A DNA stretch of 64,000 nucleotides from an uncultured Alphaproteobacteria bacterium (GTDB taxonomy: Bacteria; Pseudomonadota; Alphaproteobacteria; Rs-D84): assembly GCA_949878575.1 (NCBI GenBank), contig CATLAX010000002.1:357634-421633 (forward strand), read 5' to 3'. A program made the translations under genes and the position numbers. The notes under the pieces were generated by a model. The model was not told where the DNA came from and did not search any database. It worked only from the letters and a program-made list of their open reading frames with translations. Shown here piece by piece: positions 27,746-37,415 of this stretch (positions within the stretch are counted from its first letter, which is position 1; the number at the start of each line of letters is the position of its first letter).

Positions 27746-28396
27746 ATGGCATCCATTCTGGAAAGAAACAAAAAAATAAAGGCTCCCAAAAAAACGCGCG
27801 AAGATTATGCCGAAGACGCCCTGTATCGTGAGGTATGGGAAGAGGTTAACAATGAAAAGACGCAGCGTTTTATTAAGAAATATTACCGCTATATGATTGC
27901 CGGCGCGCTGGTTATACTAATTGCGGCGGTGGCGGTTCAAATCGGTGTTCGCATGCACCGTGACGCGCGCATCGCCGCGGCCGAAAATTACGAGACCGCC
28001 GTCATGAACGCTGATGCCAAGGCACTGGCCGCAATCGGCCAAAACGGCGGCGACGCCACGGCTGATTTGGCGCTGTTTCAGGCGTACATGATTGACGGGG
28101 ACGAGGCGAAACTGGAACACCTGGCGGAAAAGGGGAACACGCGTGATTTCCGCGACATGGCCCGCATGCATGTAATCGGACTGCGCGGTGACAAAATGAC
28201 CGGCAAAGAGGTTGAAAAATACCTGCATCCGCTGGATACAAAATCATCGCCGTATTACTATGTATCCCGCTTAAGCCTGGCGCAAAAATACCTGGCAGAA
28301 GGCAACAGGGACGCCGCGGACAAATGGCTGGATAAAATTATAAACGATCCGGATGCCCCGGCATCAATTTCGGCGGCGGCAGCGACACTAAAATAA
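27746..28396 (+). CDS. YfgM-like membrane-anchored TPR protein
   Basis: Basic N-terminus, single TM helix, helical TPR-like C-terminal domain; sits upstream of a BamB-like gene as yfgM does. Confidence 0.5.
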   Translation: MASILERNKKIKAPKKTREDYAEDALYREVWEEVNNEKTQRFIKKYYRYMIAGALVILIAAVAVQIGVRMHRDARIAAAENYETAVMNADAKALAAIGQNGGDATADLALFQAYMIDGDEAKLEHLAEKGNTRDFRDMARMHVIGLRGDKMTGKEVEKYLHPLDTKSSPYYYVSRLSLAQKYLAEGNRDAADKWLDKIINDPDAPASISAAAATLK

Positions 28397-28420
28397 CAAC
28401 AGACAAAGGCGGACAAATAA

Positions 28421-29149
28421 ATGCGTAGGCTTGCAGCGGCATCTTTAATACTGTTAACCATCGGTGCGTGTACAAAACACGACCCCATTCTGCCGGGGCT
28501 GCGCACGTCCATATTTGACGAGAACCAGTTTCTGCGGGCGGGCGTTGACGTGCCGGCACTGCCGCAGGCGGCGGTAACAGCGGAAAATACGGACTGCCCG
28601 TACCGCCAGGATTCGTCAAACATAATCTGGGACGGGGATAAAAAAATATTCAGCGGATTCCCAACCAGCAATTCTGTCAAAAGCGCACAGCAACCCGTCT
28701 GTGCCGGAAATTATGTAATTGCGGGCCTAACCACCGGAGAGGTTGTAAAGGTAAACCCGCGCAACCGTCAAATCGCATGGATTGCGGATGTTTTCCGCCC
28801 CAGCAACATGACCGGCGGCGCATCCGTACTGGATATAGTGGCGCCTGTCATTGTCAACGGCGATGCTGTTTACGCCGGCGGCATGGGTGACGCTTTTTGT
28901 CGCATAAACCTGTCAAACGGGAATAAAAAATGGTGCGCCCCGATAAGCGTTTCCGCACCGTTTATAATTGCCCCCCCGGCCGCATTTGTAATGGGCACCA
29001 ACGGCACGCTGTATGCGGTGCGCCTGTCAGATGGCGCCGTGCACTGGCAGAGGGATGTTGGAAAATGCGACCGCATTGAATACAAAGACAGTATCGTAAC
29101 GGCGTGCAGAAAAAAGATAAACGCCGCAACGGGCGAGCCTGTAAAATAA
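28421..29149 (+). CDS. BamB-like PQQ-repeat lipoprotein (short, 242 aa)
   Basis: Lipobox LLTIGAC; PQQ/beta-propeller-like repeats (…GTLYAVRLSDGAVHWQRDV…); shorter than canonical BamB. Confidence 0.5.
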   Translation: MRRLAAASLILLTIGACTKHDPILPGLRTSIFDENQFLRAGVDVPALPQAAVTAENTDCPYRQDSSNIIWDGDKKIFSGFPTSNSVKSAQQPVCAGNYVIAGLTTGEVVKVNPRNRQIAWIADVFRPSNMTGGASVLDIVAPVIVNGDAVYAGGMGDAFCRINLSNGNKKWCAPISVSAPFIIAPPAAFVMGTNGTLYAVRLSDGAVHWQRDVGKCDRIEYKDSIVTACRKKINAATGEPVK

Positions 29150-29160
29150 TAAAACACAAA

Positions 29161-29192
29161 TTAAAATCCCGCAAATTCGCGGGATTTTTATA
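29161..29192 (+). terminator. Terminator (AAAATCCCGCAAATTCGCGGGATTTTTAT)
   Basis: Stem-loop plus T-run after the BamB-like gene. Confidence 0.55.
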
Positions 29193-29403
29193 TTGCCGCA
29201 TATTGCGATTATATACGCAGGCACATTCCCTTATACCGCTGTTGTTACCACCCCTTATGCATTACCTTATTGTGAAACAAACCATATTTTGCACCACGGG
29301 GCGTGGCAATCGGTGCACGCTGTGACATCAATATTCCGTACGTATCAACAAACCGCGGCGACCGCGGTTTTAATCGTTTATCAGCAATGCTTAAAATATA
29401 AAC

Positions 29404-29438
29404 AAAAAACGCACCGGCATTCGCCGGTGCGTTTTTTA
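29404..29438. terminator. Bidirectional terminator of the CCGGCA-N3-GCCGG family (AAAAAACGCACCGGCATTCGCCGGTGCGTTTTTTATT)
   Basis: 11-bp stem flanked by A6 and T6; immediately downstream of ybaB (minus). Confidence 0.65.
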
Positions 29439-29447
29439 TTGCAACAT

Positions 29448-29747
29448 TTATTCCGGCATGGGCATTCCGGCCGTGGCCTCGCCCATTACGCGGTCAATCG
29501 CATTATCCGCTTTTTCCTTTGCATCACGGAACGCGGCCGCCACCGCCGCCGTAATTGCGGCCGCATCGCGCGACGCCAGCTCTTCGCTGATTTTCAAATC
29601 CTTTAAATCATACTTGCCCGTCATTGAAACAATGCATGCGCCGCCCTCTGCAATGCCGCGTACAACGGTTTTATCCAGCAACGCCTGCGCGGCGGCAACC
29701 TTGTCCTGCAGTACGCGCGCCTGTTCCATAAAAGAATCCATATCCAT
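29448..29747 (-). CDS. ybaB: Nucleoid-associated protein YbaB/EbfC
   Basis: 99 aa, YbaB-family sequence (…MEQARVLQDKVAAAQ…IVSMTGKYDLKDLKI…). Confidence 0.85.
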   Translation of the reverse strand: MDMDSFMEQARVLQDKVAAAQALLDKTVVRGIAEGGACIVSMTGKYDLKDLKISEELASRDAAAITAAVAAAFRDAKEKADNAIDRVMGEATAGMPMPE

Positions 29748-29799
29748 TTTTTATCTCCTGAAATTGCGGCGCGCGTGATGCGCGCCGTTCGTTCATTTG

Positions 29800-31977
29800 T
29801 TATTTTGCGTCAACCTCTGCACCGGTTTTCTGGTCAATACCGACCATGGACATGCGGGTTTTGCCGCGCTTGTCCGCGCCCAGATATTTTACAAACACCT
29901 TGTCGCCTTCCTTGTAACCGGCATCTTCTATCTTTTCAAGGCGCTTGCCCGTGATTTCTGAGATATGAACCATCGCCTCAAACCCGTTCATGATTTTTAC
30001 AAACAGGCCGAAATCCTTCATCCCGGATATTACACCTTCGTAAATCTTGCCAACCTCAGGTTCTGCAACAATGTCCTTGATGCGACGAATGGCCTCGTCC
30101 GCGTCTTCTTTTGCCACAGCCATGATTTTGACCGTACCGTCGTCTTCCAGGTCAATGTTCGTGTTTGTTTCACGTGTCAACGCCTGAATGACGCTGCCGC
30201 CTTTGCCTATTACCTCGCGAACTTTGTCTGGGTTTATTTTGATGGTGTACGTCTGGGGTGCGAATTCCGAAACAGAAGCACGGGGTGCGGAAATCGCCGC
30301 ATTGATTTTGCCCAGGATGTGCATACGTCCGGCCTTTGCCTGTTCCAGCGCACGCGCCATAATTTCAAACGTAATGGACGTGATTTTAATATCCATCTGC
30401 AGTGCGGTGATACCGCGATCGGTACCTGTCACCTTAAAGTCCATATCGCCCAAATGGTCTTCGTCGCCCAGAATATCGGTTAAAACGGCGTAATCGTCAC
30501 CCTCTTTAATCAGACCCATTGCGATACCCGCGACGGGGCGCGTCAACGGCACGCCGCCGTCCATCATGGCCAGGGTCGCGCCGCATGTCGTCGCCATGGA
30601 CGACGAACCGTTGGATTCCAGAATGTCTGATACAACGCGGATAACATAGTCAAACTCTGCGCGTGTCGGAACCATCGGATGCAGCGCGCGCCACGCCAGG
30701 TTGCCATGCCCCAGTTCACGGCGCGACGGTGATTTCAAACCCTTGCATTCGCCGACGGAATAGCCCGGGAAATTATAGTTCAAGAAGAAATCCTTTTCCT
30801 CTGACCCGTCCAGTGTTTCAATCGGCAAAGCATCCTTGCCCCCGCCCAGTGTCAAAGACACCAGCGCCTGCGTTTCGCCGCGGGTAAACAGTGCGGACCC
30901 GTGTGCACGCGGCAGCACGCCCAGTTCTATTTCTATCGGGCGCACGGTTTTCGTATCACGGCCGTCAATACGCGGCTTTCCCGCCAGAATATTGCCGCGC
31001 ATGATGCGTGCGGTTATGTTTTCAATAATTTCATCCGCCCATGATTCCAAAGTGGATGCGGCCGTCGTGGTTTCCGGCAGCACTTCCGGTATCAATGCCT
31101 TGGCCGCGGCATGAATTTCGCCCAAGGTATCCAAACGTGCCAGCTTTTCCTTTATCGCCAGCGCGTTTTCAATATCACCGGCAAAGCGTTCAAACGCACC
31201 TTCCATGGCGATGTATTCCGCAGATTTTTCAGGCGTGGCCCAGCGTTCCTTGCCTGCAATTTCCACCAGTTCGTTAATAGCGTTTATAACCGCCTGCTGT
31301 GCGTCAAAACCAAACTTAACGGCGCCCAGGGTCGTTTCCTCGTCCAGTTCGCCAATCTCTGATTCAACCATCAGCACGCCGTCCTTGGTCGCGGCCACGA
31401 CCAGGTCCATTTCAGAATCCTCTGTAAATTTGCGTGACGGATTCAGCACATACGCACCGTCCGCATACCCCACGCGCGCCGCACCGATTGGCCCAGCAAA
31501 CGGCACCCCGGACAATGCCAGCGCCGCAGACGACGCAATCATTGCCAAAATATCGGGCTGGTTCTTTTTGTCGTATGAAAACACCTGAGCGATAATTTGA
31601 ACCTTGTTCTTAAAGGTTTCCGGAAACAGCGGGCGAATCGGACGGTCAATTAACCGCGCCGTCAATGTTTCGGCTGTTGACGCCTTGCCCTCGCGACGGT
31701 CGCGCGAACCCGGAATACGACCCGCGGATGCGTATTTTTCCTGATAGTCAACGGTTAACGGAAAGAAATCCTGGCCTTCCACTGCGGTCTTTTCCGCACA
31801 CACGGTCGCCAAAACCATTGTGCCGCCCATCGTGGCCAGCACCGCGCCGTTGGCCTGCTTTGCCAGTCTGCCCGTTTCCAGACGCAGCACTTCGTCACCA
31901 TAGGGAACCTCAACCACAACGGGGTTGTTTAAACGCGCCGCGCTGTCGTTTTCTTTGTTTGATTTTCCAAAAAACAT
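29800..31977 (-). CDS. pnp: Polyribonucleotide nucleotidyltransferase (PNPase)
   Basis: 725 aa; two RNase PH domains, KH and S1 domains; unmistakable PNPase N-terminus. Confidence 0.95.
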   Translation of the reverse strand: MFFGKSNKENDSAARLNNPVVVEVPYGDEVLRLETGRLAKQANGAVLATMGGTMVLATVCAEKTAVEGQDFFPLTVDYQEKYASAGRIPGSRDRREGKASTAETLTARLIDRPIRPLFPETFKNKVQIIAQVFSYDKKNQPDILAMIASSAALALSGVPFAGPIGAARVGYADGAYVLNPSRKFTEDSEMDLVVAATKDGVLMVESEIGELDEETTLGAVKFGFDAQQAVINAINELVEIAGKERWATPEKSAEYIAMEGAFERFAGDIENALAIKEKLARLDTLGEIHAAAKALIPEVLPETTTAASTLESWADEIIENITARIMRGNILAGKPRIDGRDTKTVRPIEIELGVLPRAHGSALFTRGETQALVSLTLGGGKDALPIETLDGSEEKDFFLNYNFPGYSVGECKGLKSPSRRELGHGNLAWRALHPMVPTRAEFDYVIRVVSDILESNGSSSMATTCGATLAMMDGGVPLTRPVAGIAMGLIKEGDDYAVLTDILGDEDHLGDMDFKVTGTDRGITALQMDIKITSITFEIMARALEQAKAGRMHILGKINAAISAPRASVSEFAPQTYTIKINPDKVREVIGKGGSVIQALTRETNTNIDLEDDGTVKIMAVAKEDADEAIRRIKDIVAEPEVGKIYEGVISGMKDFGLFVKIMNGFEAMVHISEITGKRLEKIEDAGYKEGDKVFVKYLGADKRGKTRMSMVGIDQKTGAEVDAK

Positions 31978-32136
31978 GCGTTTTTCTCCATTTTTTTAGT
32001 TAGTTTCATGCGGAGAAAAATCATTCATTTCTGTATTCCGGCAAAAATACAGGAAAGAACAATTTTCATCCCCGCACACGCATGATTATAGATTATATTT
32101 GTGTGTTTGCAAATAAAATAACGGCAGACGGCCAAC

Positions 32137-32874
32137 TTACTCGGCCGCATCCTGATACAAACGAATATATTCAAACACGGTCTTCATAATCAGGCCGCCC
32201 ATGCCCTTTTTATCCAAAAAGCGCCGCGCACGCATCAAATCGGCGTGCATGTCACAGTATGCCGCACTTTCCCAGTCTATAAACGCGACAATATCGCCGG
32301 TTTCCGGATTTACGACAAAATTGCCGCCGATGTCGTTGTGGTACCATCCGTAAAACATTCCGGGCGCCCCGGCATCGGCCGGTTTTAAGTGGCGGATTGC
32401 GGCCGGATCACTGCGCCCGATGCTAAAAATAAACGCGGCCAGCTGTGACGCAATCTTATCCTCGTGCAGGGCGATTGTTTTGGCATCCATTTCCGCCAGG
32501 GTTTTACCCGGCAAAAATTCATACTTTAACACGTCCATGCCTTCAAACCGCAGAATCTCCATTTCCGGAATATGCACGGGAGATACGCCGCGAAACGCGT
32601 CCGCAAACATTTTTTCACGCCGCGGGGTGTCCGCCTTGGCCGCAACCAACGGAAACTTGTATGCAATTTTATTATCCAAAACGACGATTATCTTTTTCAT
32701 TCCACCATGACCGGAATACGTGCGAACGCGCGCGTTCGCACGCCTGGCGTGACGGCGGGCGAAATCTATGTACTTTTGTATGTCGTAATTCAGGCGCGTG
32801 CGCACCCGGTGCCGCATTCGCCGGCCCGGGATAAATCCGCACACAATGTTCACAGCAGTCTGTTTTAATCCCAT
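32137..32874 (-). CDS. Kinase-fold phosphotransferase (APH/choline-kinase-like), start uncertain
   Basis: Catalytic-loop-like HNDIGGNFVV and IDWE motifs; 1-nt TAATG overlap with sspB stop supports the long form; alternative start at Met 32700. Confidence 0.5.
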   Translation of the reverse strand: MGLKQTAVNIVCGFIPGRRMRHRVRTRLNYDIQKYIDFARRHARRANARVRTYSGHGGMKKIIVVLDNKIAYKFPLVAAKADTPRREKMFADAFRGVSPVHIPEMEILRFEGMDVLKYEFLPGKTLAEMDAKTIALHEDKIASQLAAFIFSIGRSDPAAIRHLKPADAGAPGMFYGWYHNDIGGNFVVNPETGDIVAFIDWESAAYCDMHADLMRARRFLDKKGMGGLIMKTVFEYIRLYQDAAE

Positions 32875-33359
32875 TATTTTTTCCTGTTCTTGCGAAATTC
32901 GTCCAATGACACCACGCGCCCCGGATCCGGCACGGTCGCCCCCCTGTCGTCCAGCGGCAGTTCCATGTCGTTGTCCGCCGCAGGGCTGGCCTTTGGATGA
33001 AACGACAGCATAAAGTCAACGGACGGGTCCTTGAATTCAACCAGTGCGGAAAACGGCACGCGAATAAAGAACGGCCGGCCGTCAAAGGTCAACTGTACCC
33101 CGAACTCCTTGTCAGACACATGCAGGTTGGTATATGAATACTGCAACACAATGGTCATAATATCGGGATAGCGTATACGCAGAAAATCCGGCAAAGACAC
33201 GCCGGCCTCGCGCGTTTTGAACGTAATGAAAAAGTGCGTTCCATCGCCCAGACCGTTAATCTGCGCATGGGTCAGCGCGTCTTTGACCACGGTCTTTAAC
33301 GCATTGTCCAGTAATGTTTGATAATCAATCCTGCTCATATTTTTATCCCCGTACATCAA
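32874..33359 (-). CDS. sspB: ClpXP adaptor SspB (alphaproteobacterial type)
   Basis: …HFFITFKTREAGVSLPDFLRIRYPDIMTIVLQYSYTNLHVSD… closely matches the SspB-alpha core (HFYITFKT…ERYPEEMTIVLQHQF). Confidence 0.75.
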   Translation of the reverse strand: MMYGDKNMSRIDYQTLLDNALKTVVKDALTHAQINGLGDGTHFFITFKTREAGVSLPDFLRIRYPDIMTIVLQYSYTNLHVSDKEFGVQLTFDGRPFFIRVPFSALVEFKDPSVDFMLSFHPKASPAADNDMELPLDDRGATVPDPGRVVSLDEFRKNRKK

Positions 33360-34420
33360 ACTATATTATTTATAACGCCATCGTTGCAAGAAACAAATAA
33401 CGCGTCCGGCACGTCCGCAAATACGCGCGCATCCAGCCCCGTCGCCCACACCTGGGCATCGGCCGCCCCCAGCGCCGCAAACAACGCACCGCGCGCCGCG
33501 GCGTCCAGATGGGCCGCCGCCTCGTCCAGCAGTATTACGGGGCGCCGCGATGTTTTGGTATGCATCAGCCTTGCATGCGCCAAAATCAAATCCAGTAAAG
33601 TTGACTTCTGCTGGCCGGTGCTGGTGATATGCGCCGGCAGGTTCAGCCGTTTGTTAAACACACCAAAATCAGACTTGTGCGGGCCGTCAACAACCATTTT
33701 ATCCGCAACCAGACTGCGGTTTTCATGCAGGTATTCGCGATATTCATCCTCGGCCGACGGGCCGCGCGTCAGGACCATGTTTTCAACCATGCCCGCAACG
33801 GACACGGCGGCCCCGGCCAGGAAATAATTAACCTCGCCCGCGTATTGAATACGTGCGGCGGCAACGGCAACCGCGGCGGCGGCAATCTGCAAATCCAGCG
33901 CATCCAGCCACCGGTCGTCCGCACCGCTTTTTATTGCGGCCGCGCGTTCAGACATCAATTTTGAAAACCGCGCCACGCGCCCGCCGTGCGCACCGTCAAA
34001 CGCCGCCGCCAAACGGTCAAAGAACGCCCGACGGTCAGATGCGCCGTCCACGAACAGGCGGTCCTCGCGCGGGGTAACCCACACCACGCGAACACGCCCC
34101 CCCAGCGACGACAACGCCGCCGCGTCCCCGTCAACGCGCGCGCGACGGTTTGCGTCGCCGGCGGCATAAGTTACGGCGATTTCCGTATCATCGGCCAGCA
34201 CCCCGTGCACAGAAAACCCGCCAGGACCGCCAAAGCGTGCAATGTCCGGCATTGCGGCGCCGCGCATTCCGCGGTCGCCGGCCAGGATTGATATAGCCTC
34301 CAGCACGGCGGTCTTGCCCGCGCCGTTGGGGCCGGTAATGATAATATTGCGGTGCGCGCCCGCATCAATGCGGCCGAATTCATGATTCCTAAAATCTGTC
34401 AGTGTCAGGCGCGTTATCAT
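33356..34420 (-). CDS. recF: DNA replication and repair protein RecF
   Basis: MITRLTLTDFRNHE… GPNGAGKTAVLEAI Walker A, ABC-type signature; start set at internal Met (ORF opens at 34669). Confidence 0.9.
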   Translation of the reverse strand: MITRLTLTDFRNHEFGRIDAGAHRNIIITGPNGAGKTAVLEAISILAGDRGMRGAAMPDIARFGGPGGFSVHGVLADDTEIAVTYAAGDANRRARVDGDAAALSSLGGRVRVVWVTPREDRLFVDGASDRRAFFDRLAAAFDGAHGGRVARFSKLMSERAAAIKSGADDRWLDALDLQIAAAAVAVAAARIQYAGEVNYFLAGAAVSVAGMVENMVLTRGPSAEDEYREYLHENRSLVADKMVVDGPHKSDFGVFNKRLNLPAHITSTGQQKSTLLDLILAHARLMHTKTSRRPVILLDEAAAHLDAAARGALFAALGAADAQVWATGLDARVFADVPDALFVSCNDGVINNIV

Positions 34421-34477
34421 AAACGCGATGTTACAATAAAAACCGCACCACATGCAAATTTTTGTTACAGGCATCAT

Positions 34478-34512
34478 AAAAAAACGCCGCCGAAATATTT
34501 CCCGGCGGTGTT
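34478..34512 (-). terminator. Rho-independent terminator after the VirD4-like gene (hairpin then T7 on minus strand)
   Basis: CGGCGG/CCGCCG stem with the loop followed by TTTTTTT on the minus strand; lies between the VirD4-like stop and the recF start. Confidence 0.55.
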
Positions 34513-34515
34513 TGG

Positions 34516-36726
34516 CTATCCCAGATTTCTTGTCTCGTGCGTCTGGGGGTCGTATATGCGCGGCGCGCCGCCATACCCCATTGCCGCATGATGCGACGGG
34601 ATTAAAAATTCCGGCAACGGCGACGATTCCCCCATCGCCATGTATCCCGCCAGGCGCGGATCCTGCCACGCCTGTTGATGATCGGCCTCAATCGGGCGGT
34701 TATAAAACCCCTGGAATATGACCAGCTGTTTTTTCTTGTCCAGCTTCATGATGTCCATAGGCGTGTACAGCAATTCTTCGCCGGTTTCCTCTTTTTCCTT
34801 GCCATCCGGGCCTTTAACCGTCTTTATCTTCATCTTGTACCCCATCATGTCCGAGAAGCGTTTTGCCGTATCCGGGTCGTTCTGGCGCAGGACTATTTTG
34901 GCCGCGGTTGTGGATATGATTGTCGCGGCGGCATCCTGGCCGTATTTTTCCGCAATCTGGTGCAAATCCTGGCCTATAATCAGGTATGATATTTTTTGGC
35001 CGCGCCCCAGGTCGGGTCCCTGAATCACCGCCTGCAGCTTTTGCATTTTGGGCATTTCATCCAACAGGAACAGCACCGGATACGGGCCCAAGCGCTGGCC
35101 GTCGCGAACGGTTTCCGGCGCGTTGGCCAGCAGATACGACGACATTAACTCTATAAATATTCCGGTAATGGGATTCAACGCCTCGGCATCAACCATGTTG
35201 ATGGACAGGTATACCGTCACGGGCTTGATTTTTCCGTCACGCGGGTCAACCAGGCCGCGCATATCTGAAAAATGGAAATCAGAATGGCTGGTGCGGTTGC
35301 GCACGGCCGCGTTTCTAAATATGGACAATCCGGCCATCATTGTTGACAGAATACTGCCGCGTTCCTTGTCCGGGGTGTTGGCCAGCTGCGTTAATTCCAA
35401 AATCGCGCGGTGGGCGTATGAATAACGGCGCGCCTCTTCCACCGCGGCCAAAAACAAATCCTTCATCGGATCCGCCATCATCACCATCTGGTCGCCCTGG
35501 CGGCGGCGGTTTTCCAAATCCTGGGCGATGGCAATCTGCGACGCGTTCAGCCAGTCCAGAATCATGGACAGCGACGCCTCTTTGCCCTTCCACGCGGGCG
35601 GTATGTTTTCCCACGTGCCGATATGAACATAGTTCATCGCGTTTAATTCCCCGCGCGCCAACAGCGCACTGGCCGCGTATGCGTTCGGATCGTTTATCAT
35701 CGCCAGATAATAGTCCGACAGAACGGTCGCATCCTCTGCATCAAACGTGCCGGCGGAAATGCGCGAATAGAAATAATCGTCAGCCTTGGCCCGCTCTATC
35801 TTTGACACGATGAACTGAACCATCCCGGACAACGCCGCGCGCCCGGATATTGTCCAGTGCGGATCCGCGGACGAACTCTGCTTGTCCGCAATCAGAACGT
35901 TGCAGATTGAATCAATGTACAAGTCACGCTGTTCGGTGTTAAACGGCACGTGTTCAGGCGACAGCGGATTCCACGACGGATAATATATGCCGCGTTCCGG
36001 ATCATCCTGGCCCGCCCAGTTCATAATGAACACCGGCCCAACCGTCGCACGGTACGCGGACGATTTCTGTTTCAATTCCGGTTTCGGATCGTTGATAATC
36101 ATTGAAACGTTCGGACAGTCAAATATTGTCGGCAAAACGACACCCTGTGTTTTACCGGTCCCGGGGGGCGCCACGCACAATGCGGACAGACATTCATCCA
36201 TCATCAGCGGCTTTTTCTTAAAATAGCCCAGCACCATCATGAACCCATCCCACAGACCCATTTTCTTAATGTCTTCCAGCGTCGCCTTGTTGGATGATTT
36301 TGCATCAAACTTGTCATTGCCGTGCGGATTAAATTCCTTTACCAACGTGGCGTCCGCCAGGAAATAATACGCAATTATCGGCAACAGCGGCGCCATGCAC
36401 GGCAGGTCGGTCCGCGCAACGCACCGGCCAATCCACGCCGGGATTTCCGCCACCACCGACATCCCCAGCGTTGTCACCATGTTGCCTAAATATATCCACA
36501 TCCACCGCCACGACGCCGGCGAAAAGCCGTAACGCCAGAAATGTTCTATTATAAACGACAAAGCAAACGCCAGCGCCGCCGCGCACCATATGCCGATGGC
36601 CCAGCGCAGCTGCCAAAATATGGATGCCAGCGGCGTGCGTTCGTGTTCCTTGTACGCGCTGGACTTGAAAATATTGAGACCCTTGGACGAACCGCCGGCC
36701 GATAAAATCTTGAACTTCTCTGCCAT
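34516..36726 (-). CDS. virD4: Type IV secretion coupling protein (VirD4/TraG/TraD family ATPase)
   Basis: 736 aa; N-terminal TM helices; Walker A CVAPPGTGKTQGVVLPT; Walker B LFLLDEMPKM; overall TraG/VirD4 architecture. Confidence 0.85.
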   Translation of the reverse strand: MAEKFKILSAGGSSKGLNIFKSSAYKEHERTPLASIFWQLRWAIGIWCAAALAFALSFIIEHFWRYGFSPASWRWMWIYLGNMVTTLGMSVVAEIPAWIGRCVARTDLPCMAPLLPIIAYYFLADATLVKEFNPHGNDKFDAKSSNKATLEDIKKMGLWDGFMMVLGYFKKKPLMMDECLSALCVAPPGTGKTQGVVLPTIFDCPNVSMIINDPKPELKQKSSAYRATVGPVFIMNWAGQDDPERGIYYPSWNPLSPEHVPFNTEQRDLYIDSICNVLIADKQSSSADPHWTISGRAALSGMVQFIVSKIERAKADDYFYSRISAGTFDAEDATVLSDYYLAMINDPNAYAASALLARGELNAMNYVHIGTWENIPPAWKGKEASLSMILDWLNASQIAIAQDLENRRRQGDQMVMMADPMKDLFLAAVEEARRYSYAHRAILELTQLANTPDKERGSILSTMMAGLSIFRNAAVRNRTSHSDFHFSDMRGLVDPRDGKIKPVTVYLSINMVDAEALNPITGIFIELMSSYLLANAPETVRDGQRLGPYPVLFLLDEMPKMQKLQAVIQGPDLGRGQKISYLIIGQDLHQIAEKYGQDAAATIISTTAAKIVLRQNDPDTAKRFSDMMGYKMKIKTVKGPDGKEKEETGEELLYTPMDIMKLDKKKQLVIFQGFYNRPIEADHQQAWQDPRLAGYMAMGESSPLPEFLIPSHHAAMGYGGAPRIYDPQTHETRNLG

Positions 36727-36758
36727 TGTGTTATGATTATATCAGAAAAAAACACAAA

Positions 36759-37415
36759 ATGAAAAACATTCCGCGAATTTTTGTCGGCGACGACGTGACA
36801 CCGGGCGCGGTCATGCCCGCACCGCGCGATGCGGCGCACTATCTGTCGCGCGTCATGCGGCGCCGCGATTTTCTGGCCTTTGGCGCTGGCGCGGAATACA
36901 ACGCGGTATTAAGCGACGACGACAAGACGTTTATAATCGGGGACAAAACCGCGCACAGCGACCCGTCCGGCAACGTGACACTGATGTTCGCCCCGATTAA
37001 ACGAACGGACGATTTAATAAACATGGCGACCCAGATGGGCGCCGCAGCACTGCAGCCCGTGATTACAGAACGCACAGTTGCATCCCACACAAACTGGGCC
37101 CGCATGCGCAAAATCGCGGTTGAGGCGGCAGAACAGTCAAACAGAAACAGCGTGCCGGAAATATTGCCGCCGGTATCGTTTACGGATTTGGATTTGGCCG
37201 GCATCGCATTTGCGGATGAACGCGCGGCCCACGGCGCGACGCCGCCCGTGCGGGCGCGCACATCGCGCGTTCTTGTCGGGCCAGAGGGCGGATTTTCCCC
37301 CGCGGAATTCGCCGCACTGGATGCGGCCGGGGCGCATGGAATATCACTCGGGACGACAATACTGCGGGCGGAACTGGCCGCGGCGGTCGCACTGTCACGG
37401 ATAACAACGGAATGA
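36759..37415 (+). CDS. rsmE: 16S rRNA (uracil1498-N3)-methyltransferase RsmE
   Basis: PRIFV… N-terminus and C-terminal SPOUT motif VLVGPEGGFSPAE; start at internal Met. Confidence 0.85.
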   Translation: MKNIPRIFVGDDVTPGAVMPAPRDAAHYLSRVMRRRDFLAFGAGAEYNAVLSDDDKTFIIGDKTAHSDPSGNVTLMFAPIKRTDDLINMATQMGAAALQPVITERTVASHTNWARMRKIAVEAAEQSNRNSVPEILPPVSFTDLDLAGIAFADERAAHGATPPVRARTSRVLVGPEGGFSPAEFAALDAAGAHGISLGTTILRAELAAAVALSRITTE

